Positions 1 to 10,384 of a stretch of 32,000 nucleotides of DNA are shown here, piece after piece. Under the pieces are notes generated by a model. The model did no database searches. It worked only from the letters and a program-made list of their open reading frames with translations, and was not told the DNA's origin. The DNA comes from Phycisphaera mikurensis NBRC 102666 (GTDB lineage Bacteria; Planctomycetota; Phycisphaerae; Phycisphaerales; Phycisphaeraceae). The DNA is taken from NCBI RefSeq assembly GCF_000284115.1, contig NC_017080.1:3600001-3632000 (forward strand). The letters run 5' to 3'. Position 1 is the stretch's first letter. Every line of letters begins with the position of its first letter. The position numbers were made by a program, and so were the translations under genes.

Positions 1-2
1 AG

Positions 3-1253
<1,251 letters not shown>

Positions 1254-1311
1254 CCCGCAGCCCCGGGCGAGAGCGGGCGGAGAGCGGGCCGGCCTGCCGC
1301 TCGCTCCCGCC

Positions 1312-1920
1312 TCACCGCTTCCGCTGGAGCACCAGGTCCCCCGTGCTCCGGTAGGTCAGCAGCAGCGCCCCCGTCGCGGCGGCCGCTTCGAACACCGCTT
1401 CCACCACGGCCTCCTCTCCGGGCCACGGGTAGGCGTAGACGAGGGCGGCGTCCGAGGGATCCAGCCCCAACGCGTCGTGCCCGTCGGCCAGCCCGGTCGC
1501 CAGCGTCGCCAGATCGTCGGCGACGTCCGCGAGGCCGTCGTGCTCGGGCGGGATGAAGCTGCCGTGGGCGAAGGCGACGGCGAGGCCGTGCGACGCGGCG
1601 AGGTCCTCGGCCTCCTCCACGAGCGCGGCTTGGGCCTCGATCCCCGCGGAGTCGAAACCAAGCGTCGCCGCGAGGCATGCGGCGACGCCGACGCCCGAGC
1701 CCCACTCCAAGAAGTTCGAGCCCGGCGCGAGCCGGCCGCCGCGGACCGCGGCAAGCCCGGCGTGCACCCACGCGTAATCCGCGGGCACGAAGGAGCCCAA
1801 GCCTTCGGGATCACGCCGACGGAGGTCGTCGATGCGGGTGTCGGCATCCGCGAGCAGACGCTCCGTGGCGGGTGGGAGCGGTGCCGCGGCCGGAGTGAAA
1901 GGCACCTCGATCAGCGGCAT
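1312..1920 (-). CDS. Small class-I SAM-methyltransferase-fold protein (202 aa), function unknown
   Basis: ATG at 1920 (MPLIEVPF...). ExGxGxG-like motif FLEWGSGVGVAACLAATLGFDSAGIE. High GC3. Same strand as the CsgG-like and flagellin genes and downstream of them. Confidence 0.45.
   Translation of the reverse strand: MPLIEVPFTPAAAPLPPATERLLADADTRIDDLRRRDPEGLGSFVPADYAWVHAGLAAVRGGRLAPGSNFLEWGSGVGVAACLAATLGFDSAGIEAQAALVEEAEDLAASHGLAVAFAHGSFIPPEHDGLADVADDLATLATGLADGHDALGLDPSDAALVYAYPWPGEEAVVEAVFEAAAATGALLLTYRSTGDLVLQRKR
1739..1784. repeat. 46-bp symmetric element, degenerate copy (left arm perfect, right arm 7/10)
   Basis: ccgcggaccg-N26-taatccgcgg, inside the methyltransferase-fold ORF. Confidence 0.5.
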
Positions 1921-1955
1921 CGGCGGACGCTCCGGATCCGCCCCGGGGGCGGGGT

Positions 1956-3005
1956 TCAGCGGCTGAGCCGGACGATCGTGCCCGTGGCGGGCAGGTCGCC
2001 GCCACCGACGACCTCGGCGTAGGACATCTTCTCGGCGACCCGGACGATCCTGATCTCGCCGAGCTCGGCACCCTCGGTCGTGCCCAGGATCTCGCCGGTG
2101 CCCGGATCGGTGATCTCCACGCCGGGCTCGACCAGCGCGTACGTGCCGCCGGCCTTGAGGTTGTGGTCCGAGCCGCGGTTGATGACGACCTGCCCGTTGA
2201 TCTCGCTGACGACCAGGCCGGTGTTGGGCAGCTCCTCCATCTGCAGCGCGATGAAGCGGGCGGCCTGGTTGAGTGCGTCCTGCACGGCTTCGCTCATCGG
2301 CGTCTTCGCAAAGCTGCCCATGTTCGTGTTGACGCCGAAGCGGTTCATGCCCACCCGCAGCTTGCTGCTGCCGGCTTTGCCGGTGATCGATTCCTTCGCC
2401 ACGATGGCGCCGCTGGTCGTGTCGACGAGCTTCACGATCAGATTGATCTGCGCGTTGCTCTGCCCGCCGCCCACGCGGAAGCCGCGGAAGCCGATGCCGC
2501 CGTCCTGGCCGCTCTGGTTGCCCTCCACGCCGGTGACCTCGCCGGTGGCGAGGTAGCGGGCCGGCCGCAGCTTGCCGGTCTGCGCCACCTCGGTGGCGGC
2601 GGCCGTGCGGCCGCTGTCCGCGAGGTCCTGCTCGAGCACGACGTCGGCGAGGTTCTCCCGCTCGACCAGGACGAAGCGCCCGGTGTCGAAGAGCGCGCTC
2701 TCGAACATCAGCGGGAAGTTGCGGTCCATGCTGTAGGTGCGCCAGCCCGCCCAGTTGGAGCGGTTGTCGAAGTCCACCACGCCGATCGCGTGCTTGACCC
2801 CGGCGTAGGGCGGGAGCGCGTCCCCGTCCTCGGCGAGCTGCTCGGCATCGGGCTTGTCGTCCACCCGCGTGCCCTCGGATTCGAAGGGGTTGTACGCCGC
2901 GACGCTTTCGCAGCCCGGGGCGGCGGCGAGGCCGAGCAGGCACAGGAAGGCCAGGCCCGGGGCGAGGCGGGAAGGCGAAGGGACACGCGGGTGCGAGAGA
3001 GGCAT
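1956..3005 (-). CDS. CsgG/HfaB-family outer-membrane lipoprotein with extra C-terminal beta-rich domain (349 aa)
   Basis: Signal peptide ending in Cys (LLGLAAAPGCES). CsgG-type motifs IGVVDFDNRS, RFVLVERENLADVVLEQDLADSG and ARYLATGEVTGVE. ATG at 3003-3005. Confidence 0.7.
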   Translation of the reverse strand: MPLSHPRVPSPSRLAPGLAFLCLLGLAAAPGCESVAAYNPFESEGTRVDDKPDAEQLAEDGDALPPYAGVKHAIGVVDFDNRSNWAGWRTYSMDRNFPLMFESALFDTGRFVLVERENLADVVLEQDLADSGRTAAATEVAQTGKLRPARYLATGEVTGVEGNQSGQDGGIGFRGFRVGGGQSNAQINLIVKLVDTTSGAIVAKESITGKAGSSKLRVGMNRFGVNTNMGSFAKTPMSEAVQDALNQAARFIALQMEELPNTGLVVSEINGQVVINRGSDHNLKAGGTYALVEPGVEITDPGTGEILGTTEGAELGEIRIVRVAEKMSYAEVVGGGDLPATGTIVRLSR

Positions 3006-3165
3006 CGTCGACTCCAGAGGGAAGATTCCGGTGCGGCGGAGCCCCCCGATGGCGGCCCCAGCACCCGTTGTAACACGGCTCCGCCGCGGGAGCGGCGCGC
3101 AGCGGAAGGCTCCGGACCAACGGCCGGAGCGATGAAGCGGATCCGTTTCGCCGCCGCCGCGTCGA

Positions 3166-4659
3166 TCAGCCCAGCAGCGACAGGGCCGACTGCGGGGCCG
3201 AGTTGGCCAGCGAAAGGATGCTGGTGGCCGACTGCTGGAGGACCTGAGCCCGGGTGAGGGCGCTGGTCTCCTCGGCGAAGTCGGTGTCGCGGATGGAGCT
3301 CTCGGCGGCGCTGGTGTTCTCGAAGGCGACGCCGAGGCTGCGGATGCTCGCGCCCACGGTGTTCTTCTGGAACGCCCCGAGGCGGCCGCGGAGGCCGGCG
3401 ACCTGCTGGATCGCGTCGTTGACGATCTTCTGACCGCGGGTGAGGTCGCCGTCGACAACGTTGGACTCCGCCCCCGAGGCCAGCTCGTTCAAGAAGCCGT
3501 TGGCGATCGAACCGAGGTTGCGGGCGGCAACGTTGTCGATGCCGATGGACACCTGGTTGCCGATGTTGACGTTCGGGCCGAGGTTGAAGTTCGCCCCGCC
3601 GCCGTCGATGACCGCGGCCGTGTAGGAGGGGCCGGCGGTGTTGCCGTCCTCCTTGAGCTCGAGGGTGACGTCGAGGAAGTCGGAGCTGACCCGGGCGGTG
3701 AGCCCCTTGGTGGTGCTCCGCACGCCGTTGATGACGGCCTCGATGTCGACGCCCTCGTCGCGGAGGGGGCTGGTGACGTCCGCGAGGGCGGTGGTGCCCG
3801 GGTCGGTGCCCTGCACGACGGCCCCGGAGAGGCGGGCGACGTTGCCGGTGAGACCGGCGGACTCCACCACGTCGATAGAGACGAACTCGTCGGTGCCGTA
3901 GCCCTCCGAGATGAACTGAAGCGCGGTGCCCGACGCCGAGGCGACGACGCCGGTGACGTCCGAGAAGGTGTTCACCGCGGCGCTGATGTCCGCCACGCTC
4001 GCCCCGCTGGCGAAGGTGAACTGGCGGGAGCCGGCGGTGCCGGTGATGTCCACGGTGAACAGGTTGCCGTTGGTGCCGGTGACCTCCGTGCCGCCAAAGG
4101 AGAGAACGACCCCGCCCTTCTGCGCCTCGCCGGTGATCAGCACCTCGACGTTGCGGCTCTCGCCGAAGGGGATCTTCGCGGCGTCGACCTTGAGGTCGGC
4201 CACGTTGGCGTCGACGCCGGAGGTCTGGAAGTCGTAGTTCCCGTTGAGCAGCTTGGTGCCCTGGAAGCTGGTCGTGCCGGCGATGCGGTCGATCGTCTGG
4301 ATGATCGAGTCGATCTCCAGCTGATTGGCCTGCTTCTCCGCGTCGGAGATGCCGGCCTCGTTGGCGGAGGAGCCGATCAGGCCCTGGACCTCGAGCAGGA
4401 GGGCGTTGACTTCCTGGAGGCCGCCCTCGGCGATGTTCACGACCTGCTCCGCCCGCTCGGCGTTGTCGATGGCGGCGGTGATGGCTGCCTTCTCGCTGCG
4501 GAGGTTCTCGCTGGCGATCAGCCCCGAGGGATCGTCCGCGCCGCGGTTGATGCGGTAGCCGGTGGAGAGCCGCTCGAGCGACTGGTTGAGGTTGCGGGTG
4601 TTCTGGTTCAGCACGCGCTGGGCGAGCAGCGAGGGCACGTTGGTCTGGATCCGGCTCAT
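3166..4659 (-). CDS. fliC: Flagellin (497 aa)
   Basis: N-terminus MSRIQTNVPSLLAQRVLNQNTRNLNQSLERLSTGYRINRGADDPSGLIASENLR and C-terminus LTRAQVLQQSATSILSLANSAPQSALSLLG are the conserved flagellin D0/D1 helices. AAGGAG Shine-Dalgarno sequence 8 nt upstream of the ATG at 4659. Confidence 0.92.
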   Translation of the reverse strand: MSRIQTNVPSLLAQRVLNQNTRNLNQSLERLSTGYRINRGADDPSGLIASENLRSEKAAITAAIDNAERAEQVVNIAEGGLQEVNALLLEVQGLIGSSANEAGISDAEKQANQLEIDSIIQTIDRIAGTTSFQGTKLLNGNYDFQTSGVDANVADLKVDAAKIPFGESRNVEVLITGEAQKGGVVLSFGGTEVTGTNGNLFTVDITGTAGSRQFTFASGASVADISAAVNTFSDVTGVVASASGTALQFISEGYGTDEFVSIDVVESAGLTGNVARLSGAVVQGTDPGTTALADVTSPLRDEGVDIEAVINGVRSTTKGLTARVSSDFLDVTLELKEDGNTAGPSYTAAVIDGGGANFNLGPNVNIGNQVSIGIDNVAARNLGSIANGFLNELASGAESNVVDGDLTRGQKIVNDAIQQVAGLRGRLGAFQKNTVGASIRSLGVAFENTSAAESSIRDTDFAEETSALTRAQVLQQSATSILSLANSAPQSALSLLG

Positions 4660-4822
4660 GCGAGGGCTCCTTGCGGGGGTGATGCGGCCCCTGGGCTGGG
4701 GGGCGGGGTGGCTTCCTGCCAAAAGAGTGAGCGGGTCTGTCAACCGAGCCGCGTGGGTGCCGTTTCTTCGGGTCGTGCGGCCGGTGGGGGTTACGCCGAT
4801 GCGGGAGGCCCCTTATCGGCCC

Positions 4823-4830
4823 CTGCTCCG
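4823..4830 (-). promoter_or_regulatory. Candidate sigma-28 (FliA)-type -10 box GCCGATAA upstream of flagellin
   Basis: The minus strand reads ...GGAGCAGGGGCCGATAAGG. This is an exact match to the GCCGATAA -10 consensus, about 165 nt upstream of the fliC ATG. No TAAA -35 box is seen at the canonical distance. Confidence 0.35.
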
Positions 4831-4902
4831 GAGGCGGCGGGCCGGCCGCCGGAGCGGCCTCTAGCGTCGGCCATCGAGAGCTTCCCGCCCGCTGCGCCCG
4901 CC

Positions 4903-7900
4903 TTGCTTGCCCCCTTCCGCAGCCATGCCGCCCCACGCGCAGCCGTGCGGGCGTTTGCGGAGGCGGATCCGGCCGCCGTGGCCGTCGCCGGCCCCACCGG
5001 CGTGACCACGACGCTGCTCGCCGCGGCCGCCGCGCTCGCTCACCCCGGGCCGGTGCTGCTCGTGACGGCTTTCGAGGACCAGGCTCAAGCGGCCACGGCC
5101 GACCTCCTGAACCTCGCCCGCGGGAGCGACGAGTCTGGAATCGGCGGCGCGGGCGACACGCACCTGGTGGTGGCTCCCTTCGACGCGTTGGGCCCACGCG
5201 ACCTGCTGGGCGCCCGGGCCGAGGGCCCGCTGGTTCGGCGGGTGGTGCTCGCCGCGACGCTGGACCACGGGGCCACCGGTCGGCAGGACGCGGAGGGCCT
5301 CGCCGCGAACGCGGGCCGCTGGGTGATCGTCGCCTCCGTCGCCGCGCTGCTGCAGGCGGTGCCGACCGAGGCGGTGGTCGCCGGCGCCGTGCGGCGGATC
5401 CACCCGGGGGATGCCGTGGACCTCCCCGCGCTCGTCGGCCTCTTGGAGGCCACCGGGCACCGGGCCGCGAGAGCCGAAGCGGTCGCCGCCGGGACCTTCC
5501 ACGCCGGGGGGTCCACCCTCCGCTTCCGCCCGCTGGGTGCGATCGCCACCGACGACGCCGGCCGCGCCTCCACCGCGGCGCGGGCGGCGGTCGTGGTCGG
5601 CTTCGAGGAGAACCGCATCGCGTCCATCCGCTTCGCCGACCCGCCGACGGAGGCCTGGAACCGCCCGCTGGCCGCGATCACGCTCGCGACACCGGATGCG
5701 AAGCGCGTGCTGCAGCGGGCATCGACCCGCTGCCTGCTCGACCTGCTGCCGGCCCGCACCGGCGTCGTGCTCGACGACGCCGAGGCGATCGCGCTCGAGG
5801 CCGCCCGGCTGGGCCGCCGCGCCGCGGGCGGCGGTGGCGACCTCACGCCCGCCGAGCTGGACGAGCGGCTCGCCGCCCGCCCGGTCGTCCGGGTCGACCT
5901 GCAGCCCGCGGCGGAGGCCGCCCTCCGCCTCGACGCCGGGCGCCCAAGCCCCTTCCCGCTCCACGCCGACGCGGCGGGCCGGGAGCTCGCGGCGAGGAGC
6001 CGAGACCGCCGCGTGCTCGTCGTGAGCGACCGGCCCGACGACCCGCGGCTGGCCGATCGGCTCTCCGAAGCCCCCGAAGCCCGCTTGATGCGGGGGCTTC
6101 TCTCCGAAGGGTTCCGGCTGCGGGGCGAGGACGGCTTCGAGGCGGTGCCCGGCCACGAGCTGCTCGGCGTGCCCGCACCGCCCGGAGCCGCGGTCGAGGA
6201 CCCCGCCGCCGACGGCGCGCCCGACTCCGGCACCCTCGGCTCCGTCCTCGTCTCGCTGGAACCCGGCGACCCGCTCGTCCACGCCGAGCACGGCGTCGCC
6301 CTGTACGAGGGGATGGAGCCGATCGAGATCGGCATCGGCAGCCGCCGGACGACCATCGACCACCTGACGCTCGCCTTCGCCGAGCCCGACACGCTCCGCG
6401 TGCCCGCCGACCAGGCCGCCCGGGTCTTCCCCTTCCACGCCGCCGACGACGCCCCCACGCCCGACCCGCTCAACAGCCGGGCCTGGGCGAAGAAGCTTTC
6501 TGCCGCCGAAGCCGCCGCCAGCGCCTTCGTGCGGGCGCAGCGCCGGGCCGCCGCCGAGGCCGCCGACCGGCCCGGCCGCGCCCACCCGCCCGAGCCCGAC
6601 CGGCTCCGCGCCTTCGAGGCCGACTTCCCCTTCGAGCCCACGCCCGACCAGGCCGAGGCGTTCGCCGCCGTCGCCGCGGACCTCGAAGCCGAGATCCCGA
6701 TGGACCGGCTGGTCTGCGGCGACGTCGGCTTCGGCAAGACCGAGGTGGCCGCCCGGGCGATCTTCCGCGTCGTCCGCCCGCGGCGGCGGGGCGGCCGCCG
6801 TGGGCACCAGGCCGTCCTGCTCGCGCCGACCACCGTGCTCGCCGAGCAGCACGGCCGGAGCCTCGCCGAACGCCTCGGCCCGCACGGCGTGTCGGTCGGC
6901 GTGCTCTCGCGGCTGCGTCCGGCGGACGAGCAGAAGCAGCTGAAAGCCGGCCTCGCCGGCGGCACGCTCGACCTGCTCATCGGCACGACGGCGCTGCTCG
7001 GCGAGGGGATCGAGCCCGACGACCTCGGCCTCGTGGTCATCGACGAGGAGCACCGCTTCGGCAGCGGCGACAAGGAGGCCCTGCGGCGGCTGCGGGACGG
7101 CGTGGACACGCTCGCCCTCACCGCCACGCCGATCCCGCGCACGCTGCACACCGCGCTCGCCGGGCTCCGCGCTGTCTCCACGCTGCGGACGCCGCCGGCA
7201 GGACGCAGAGCCGTCGTCACCGAGGTGCTGCCCGCCGAGGACGGCCGCCCGCGCGTCCGCACCGCCCTCTCGCGCGAGCTTGCCCGCGGCGGGCAGGCCT
7301 TCGTCGTCCACAACCGCGTGGAGGGCCTCGCCGAGGCGGCCGAGGAGGTGCGGGACCTGCTCGGCGGCGTGACCCGCCCCGACAGGAGCACCCCCGTCGT
7401 CGCCTCCGCCCACGGCCAGCTCCGCGAGGAAGAGCTCGAGGACGCGTTGCTCGCTTTCACCGCCGGCGACACCGACGTGCTCGTCTGCACGACGATCGTC
7501 GAGAACGGCCTCGACGTCGCCCGCGCCGGCACCATCGTCGTCGAGGGCGCCGACCGCTTCGGCCTCGCCTCGCTGCACCAGCTGCGCGGCCGGGTCGGTC
7601 GCTCGGGCCGGCGGGGTTTCTGCCTGCTGGAGGTCCCGAAGAACGCCCGGCTGAGCGAGGGGGCGCAGAAGCGTCTGGCCGCGATGGAAGACGCGGACGG
7701 CCTCGGCGCCGGCTTCGCCATCGCGGAGGCCGACCTGGCCCTCCGCGGCGCCGGAGACCTGCTCGGGGACGAGCAGTCCGGGCACGTCGCCGCCGTCGGC
7801 CACGCCCTCTACAGCCGACTCCTCCAGCGGGCCGCTCGCGAGCAGGCCGGCGACCTCCGCCCCGCCCCGGAGCGCACCGGCCACGCGCTGCCCAACACCG

Positions 7901-8334
7901 GCAACCTGCCCGCGGCCTGGATCCCGCCCTCGCTGCCCCGGCTCAACGCCTACCGCTGGCTCACCCACGTGGACGACGAGGACCAGCTCGGCGTCGCGGT
8001 CGCGCACCTCACCCGCACCTGGGGCGAACCGCCGGAGCAAGCGAGGCGTTTCGTCGCCGGGGTGCGGCTGCGCCTGGCCATGGCCGACGCCGGCGTGCTG
8101 CACGCGGCCAAGAGCAAGAAGGGCATCACCCTCACGCTCGCCCTCCCGCCGGCCCGGGACGAGCACGAGGCTCACCGCGGCTCGGCCGTCGAGCAGCTCA
8201 ACGCGAACCTGGACAAGCCCCGCTTCCGCGCCGGCGTCGGGGCGGACGAGCTGCTCTACACCCCGCCGCCGGAGGTGGAGGACGCGGGGCTGGTGGAGCA
8301 CCTCACCGGGGTGCTCGCGGGCGGTGCTTCGTAG
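4903..8334 (+). CDS. mfd: Transcription-repair coupling factor Mfd
   Basis: RNAP-interaction domain [19 protein letters not shown]. Helicase motifs [29 protein letters not shown] and [11 protein letters not shown]. The start is uncertain: the ORF opens at GTG 4708, but codons 4708-4860 have poor GC3 and overlap the fliC leader. In-frame TTG 4903 or GTG 4945 fit better. Confidence 0.85.
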   Translation: MLAPFRSHAAPRAAVRAFAEADPAAVAVAGPTGVTTTLLAAAAALAHPGPVLLVTAFEDQAQAATADLLNLARGSDESGIGGAGDTHLVVAPFDALGPRDLLGARAEGPLVRRVVLAATLDHGATGRQDAEGLAANAGRWVIVASVAALLQAVPTEAVVAGAVRRIHPGDAVDLPALVGLLEATGHRAARAEAVAAGTFHAGGSTLRFRPLGAIATDDAGRASTAARAAVVVGFEENRIASIRFADPPTEAWNRPLAAITLATPDAKRVLQRASTRCLLDLLPARTGVVLDDAEAIALEAARLGRRAAGGGGDLTPAELDERLAARPVVRVDLQPAAEAALRLDAGRPSPFPLHADAAGRELAARSRDRRVLVVSDRPDDPRLADRLSEAPEARLMRGLLSEGFRLRGEDGFEAVPGHELLGVPAPPGAAVEDPAADGAPDSGTLGSVLVSLEPGDPLVHAEHGVALYEGMEPIEIGIGSRRTTIDHLTLAFAEPDTLRVPADQAARVFPFHAADDAPTPDPLNSRAWAKKLSAAEAAASAFVRAQRRAAAEAADRPGRAHPPEPDRLRAFEADFPFEPTPDQAEAFAAVAADLEAEIPMDRLVCGDVGFGKTEVAARAIFRVVRPRRRGGRRGHQAVLLAPTTVLAEQHGRSLAERLGPHGVSVGVLSRLRPADEQKQLKAGLAGGTLDLLIGTTALLGEGIEPDDLGLVVIDEEHRFGSGDKEALRRLRDGVDTLALTATPIPRTLHTALAGLRAVSTLRTPPAGRRAVVTEVLPAEDGRPRVRTALSRELARGGQAFVVHNRVEGLAEAAEEVRDLLGGVTRPDRSTPVVASAHGQLREEELEDALLAFTAGDTDVLVCTTIVENGLDVARAGTIVVEGADRFGLASLHQLRGRVGRSGRRGFCLLEVPKNARLSEGAQKRLAAMEDADGLGAGFAIAEADLALRGAGDLLGDEQSGHVAAVGHALYSRLLQRAAREQAGDLRPAPERTGHALPNTGNLPAAWIPPSLPRLNAYRWLTHVDDEDQLGVAVAHLTRTWGEPPEQARRFVAGVRLRLAMADAGVLHAAKSKKGITLTLALPPARDEHEAHRGSAVEQLNANLDKPRFRAGVGADELLYTPPPEVEDAGLVEHLTGVLAGGAS

Positions 8335-8503
8335 GTCGAGGCGACCCCCTCGGCGTGCCGCCGCAGGCGGCTGTGCGACGCGCCGCTGTCGTGTGCGCAT
8401 CGGGCGACCTCCACGCCGGATCCGCGGCGCGGAGCCGCGTCGGGGCGGTGGCCCCGGCCGACGGTCCTTGACGAGCCTCGGAGCATGCTGTGATCTCTAC
8501 GCG

Positions 8504-9949
8504 ATGACCGCCACCGCGCTGCTCACCGACCTCTATCAGCTCGGCATGGCGCAGGGATACTGGAAGCTCGGCCGCGCCGACCAGCCGGCGGTCTTCCACC
8601 TCTTCTTCCGCGAGGCACCGTTCGGCGGAGGCTTCGCGATCGCGGCGGGCCTCGGGCCGGTGCTCGATCTGCTCCGCGGCTTCGCGTTCACCGCGGACGA
8701 CACCGACCACCTCGCCCGCATCCCCGGCGGCGACGGGCGGCCGCTCTTCGAGGCCGCGTTCCTGGCCTACCTCCGCGACCTCCGGCTGACGATCGACCTC
8801 GACGCCCTGCCGGAGGGCACCGCGTGCTTCGCCCACGCCCCGCTGCTGCGGGTCCGAGGGCCGCTGCTCCAGTGCCAGCTGCTCGAGACGGCGCTGCTGA
8901 ACGCGTTGAACTTCCAGACGCTGGTCGCCACCAAGGCGGCCCGGGTGAGAGACGCGGCCGGTGGAGACACCGTGCTGGAGTTCGGCCTCCGCCGGGCGCA
9001 GGGCACCGACGGCGCGCTGGCCGCGAGCCGGGCGGCGTACCTCGGCGGCGTCGACGCGACCAGCAACGTGGCGGCGGGCAAGGCGTACGGCATCCCGGTG
9101 AAGGGCACGCAGGCCCACAGCTGGGTGATGAGCTTCGAAACCGAGCGCGAAGCTTTCGCGGCCTGGGCCGACACCGCACCCAACAACGGCGTCTTCCTCG
9201 TCGACACCTACGACAGCCTCGCCGGCGTCGACCACGCGATCGAGGCCGGGCGGAGGCTGCGGGGAAAGGGGCACCGCCTCGGCGGCGTCCGGCTCGACTC
9301 GGGAGACCTCGCCTGGCTCAGCCGCGAGGCCCGCAGAAGGCTCGACGCCGCCGGCTTCCCCGAGGCGCAGGTCGTCGCGAGCAACGACCTCGACGAGCAC
9401 GTCATCCGCGACCTGAGGAGCCAGGGCGCCGCCATCGACGTCTGGGGCGTCGGCACACAGCTCGTCACCGCCCACGACCAGCCGGCCCTCGGCGGCGTCT
9501 ACAAGCTCGCCGCCATCCGCGACGCGGGAAGCGGCTGCTGGATCCCGAAGGTCAAGCTCAGCGAGACCACCGCCAAGACGAGCCTGCCGGGGATCCTGCA
9601 GGTCCGCCGCTACGACACCGCCGCGGGTGGTCGCGCCGCCGCCGACCAGCTCTGGAGCGAGCTCGACGGCGAGCCGAGGACGCGCGAGCTGATCGACCCG
9701 ACCGACCCGATCCGCCGACGCACGATCGCCGCGGACCGCGGCTGGAAAGACCTCCTGGAGCCCGCGGTCCGCGGCGGCGTGGTCGTCTTCCCGGACGAGC
9801 CGCTGGCCGCCGCCCGCGACCGGGCGCGGGCCGAGCGGTCCAGGCTGGACCCGACGGTGCGCCGGCTCGTGAAGCCGCACCGCTACCCGGTCGGCGTCAC
9901 GCCCGAGGTTCTCGCGCTGCGCCAACGCCTGATCGAGGCGGCCCGCTGA
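8504..9949 (+). CDS. pncB: Nicotinate phosphoribosyltransferase
   Basis: [21 protein letters not shown]-terminus, [17 protein letters not shown] and RLDSGDL motifs. ATG at 8504. Confidence 0.85.
   Translation: MTATALLTDLYQLGMAQGYWKLGRADQPAVFHLFFREAPFGGGFAIAAGLGPVLDLLRGFAFTADDTDHLARIPGGDGRPLFEAAFLAYLRDLRLTIDLDALPEGTACFAHAPLLRVRGPLLQCQLLETALLNALNFQTLVATKAARVRDAAGGDTVLEFGLRRAQGTDGALAASRAAYLGGVDATSNVAAGKAYGIPVKGTQAHSWVMSFETEREAFAAWADTAPNNGVFLVDTYDSLAGVDHAIEAGRRLRGKGHRLGGVRLDSGDLAWLSREARRRLDAAGFPEAQVVASNDLDEHVIRDLRSQGAAIDVWGVGTQLVTAHDQPALGGVYKLAAIRDAGSGCWIPKVKLSETTAKTSLPGILQVRRYDTAAGGRAAADQLWSELDGEPRTRELIDPTDPIRRRTIAADRGWKDLLEPAVRGGVVVFPDEPLAAARDRARAERSRLDPTVRRLVKPHRYPVGVTPEVLALRQRLIEAAR
9729..9774. 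repeat. 46-bp symmetric element CCGCGGACCG-N26-CGGTCCGCGG (arms extend to 13 bp)
   Basis: Perfect arms, inside pncB. Confidence 0.85.
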
Positions 9950-10308
9950 TGCCCCACGCCTCCGCGTTCGCACGCCCCGCGCTGGCCGTGGACGTCGTCG
10001 TCTTCGCCTCCGGGGCGAGCCGCGACGGGACGGACCTGCGGGAGATGCGGATCGAGCGCGACACCGAGCCCTCCGCCGGGCGCTGGGCCCTGCCCGGCGG
10101 CTTCGTCCACGTCGACGAGACGATCGAGGAGGCGGCGCGGCGGGAGCCGGACGAGCGGGACTTCCGCAAGAAGATCCTGGGCATGGGGATTCTCGCGGGA
10201 ACCGGAGCCATCGAGAAAGACGTGAAGCTCCGAGCGGCGGAGCCGTACCGCTTCGATGCGGAGGCGTGCAGGCGGCTTTCGCGAGGTGGCTTCCACTTCG
10301 AATCGTGA
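9949..10308 (+). CDS. NrtR-like (Nudix-related regulator) remnant, 119 aa, with large internal in-frame deletion
   Basis: The start overlaps the pncB stop (TGATG). The N-terminal Nudix beginning ALAVDVVVF...ALPGGFVHVDETIEEAARRE breaks off in the middle of the Nudix box. It joins directly to DERDFRKKILGMGILAGTGAIEKD...EPYRFD, which resembles the extreme C-terminus of NrtR winged-helix domains. Confidence 0.55.
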   Translation: MPHASAFARPALAVDVVVFASGASRDGTDLREMRIERDTEPSAGRWALPGGFVHVDETIEEAARREPDERDFRKKILGMGILAGTGAIEKDVKLRAAEPYRFDAEACRRLSRGGFHFES

Positions 10309-10384
10309 GGCGTGCGGGGCAGCGCTCCGCTTGACCACAGAGGGAGACCGAGGCACAGAGGCACAGAGAGAGGCACGGAGAACC

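Noticed and set aside
1254-1311. Terminator hairpin between convergent clpB and the methyltransferase-fold gene (GAGCGG-N-CCGCTC).
   Set aside because: Only a 6-bp stem sits in a GC-rich context where such matches are frequent, so it is not distinguishable from chance.
3006-3165. Rho-independent terminator between fliC and the CsgG-like gene (the GAAGCGGATCCGTTTC quasi-palindrome, and GGCGGAGCC...GGCTCCGCC with a ~33-nt loop).
   Set aside because: The stems are short or interrupted and no U-tract follows. This is insufficient to call a terminator or to decide on operon structure.
4708-4902. GTG 4708 as the mfd start.
   Set aside because: Codon third positions here are atypically A/T-rich. 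The segment overlaps the flagellin leader and the GCCGATAA box, and nothing in it resembles Mfd N-termini. It is kept only as an alternative.
4861-8400. 1179-aa ORF antisense to mfd. Similar long antisense or out-of-frame ORFs occur at 2708-5197(-), 5085-7721(-), 8303-10819(-), 8824-10308(+, upstream part), 14095-16443(+), 16563-18296(+), 18194-20314(-), 21811-24225(+, upstream part) and 25057-26433(-).
   Set aside because: These are typical stop-codon-poor shadow frames of a very GC-rich sequence. Their translations are Arg/Pro/Gly/Ala-rich low-complexity strings without recognisable motifs. Each overlaps a frame that carries clear family signatures.
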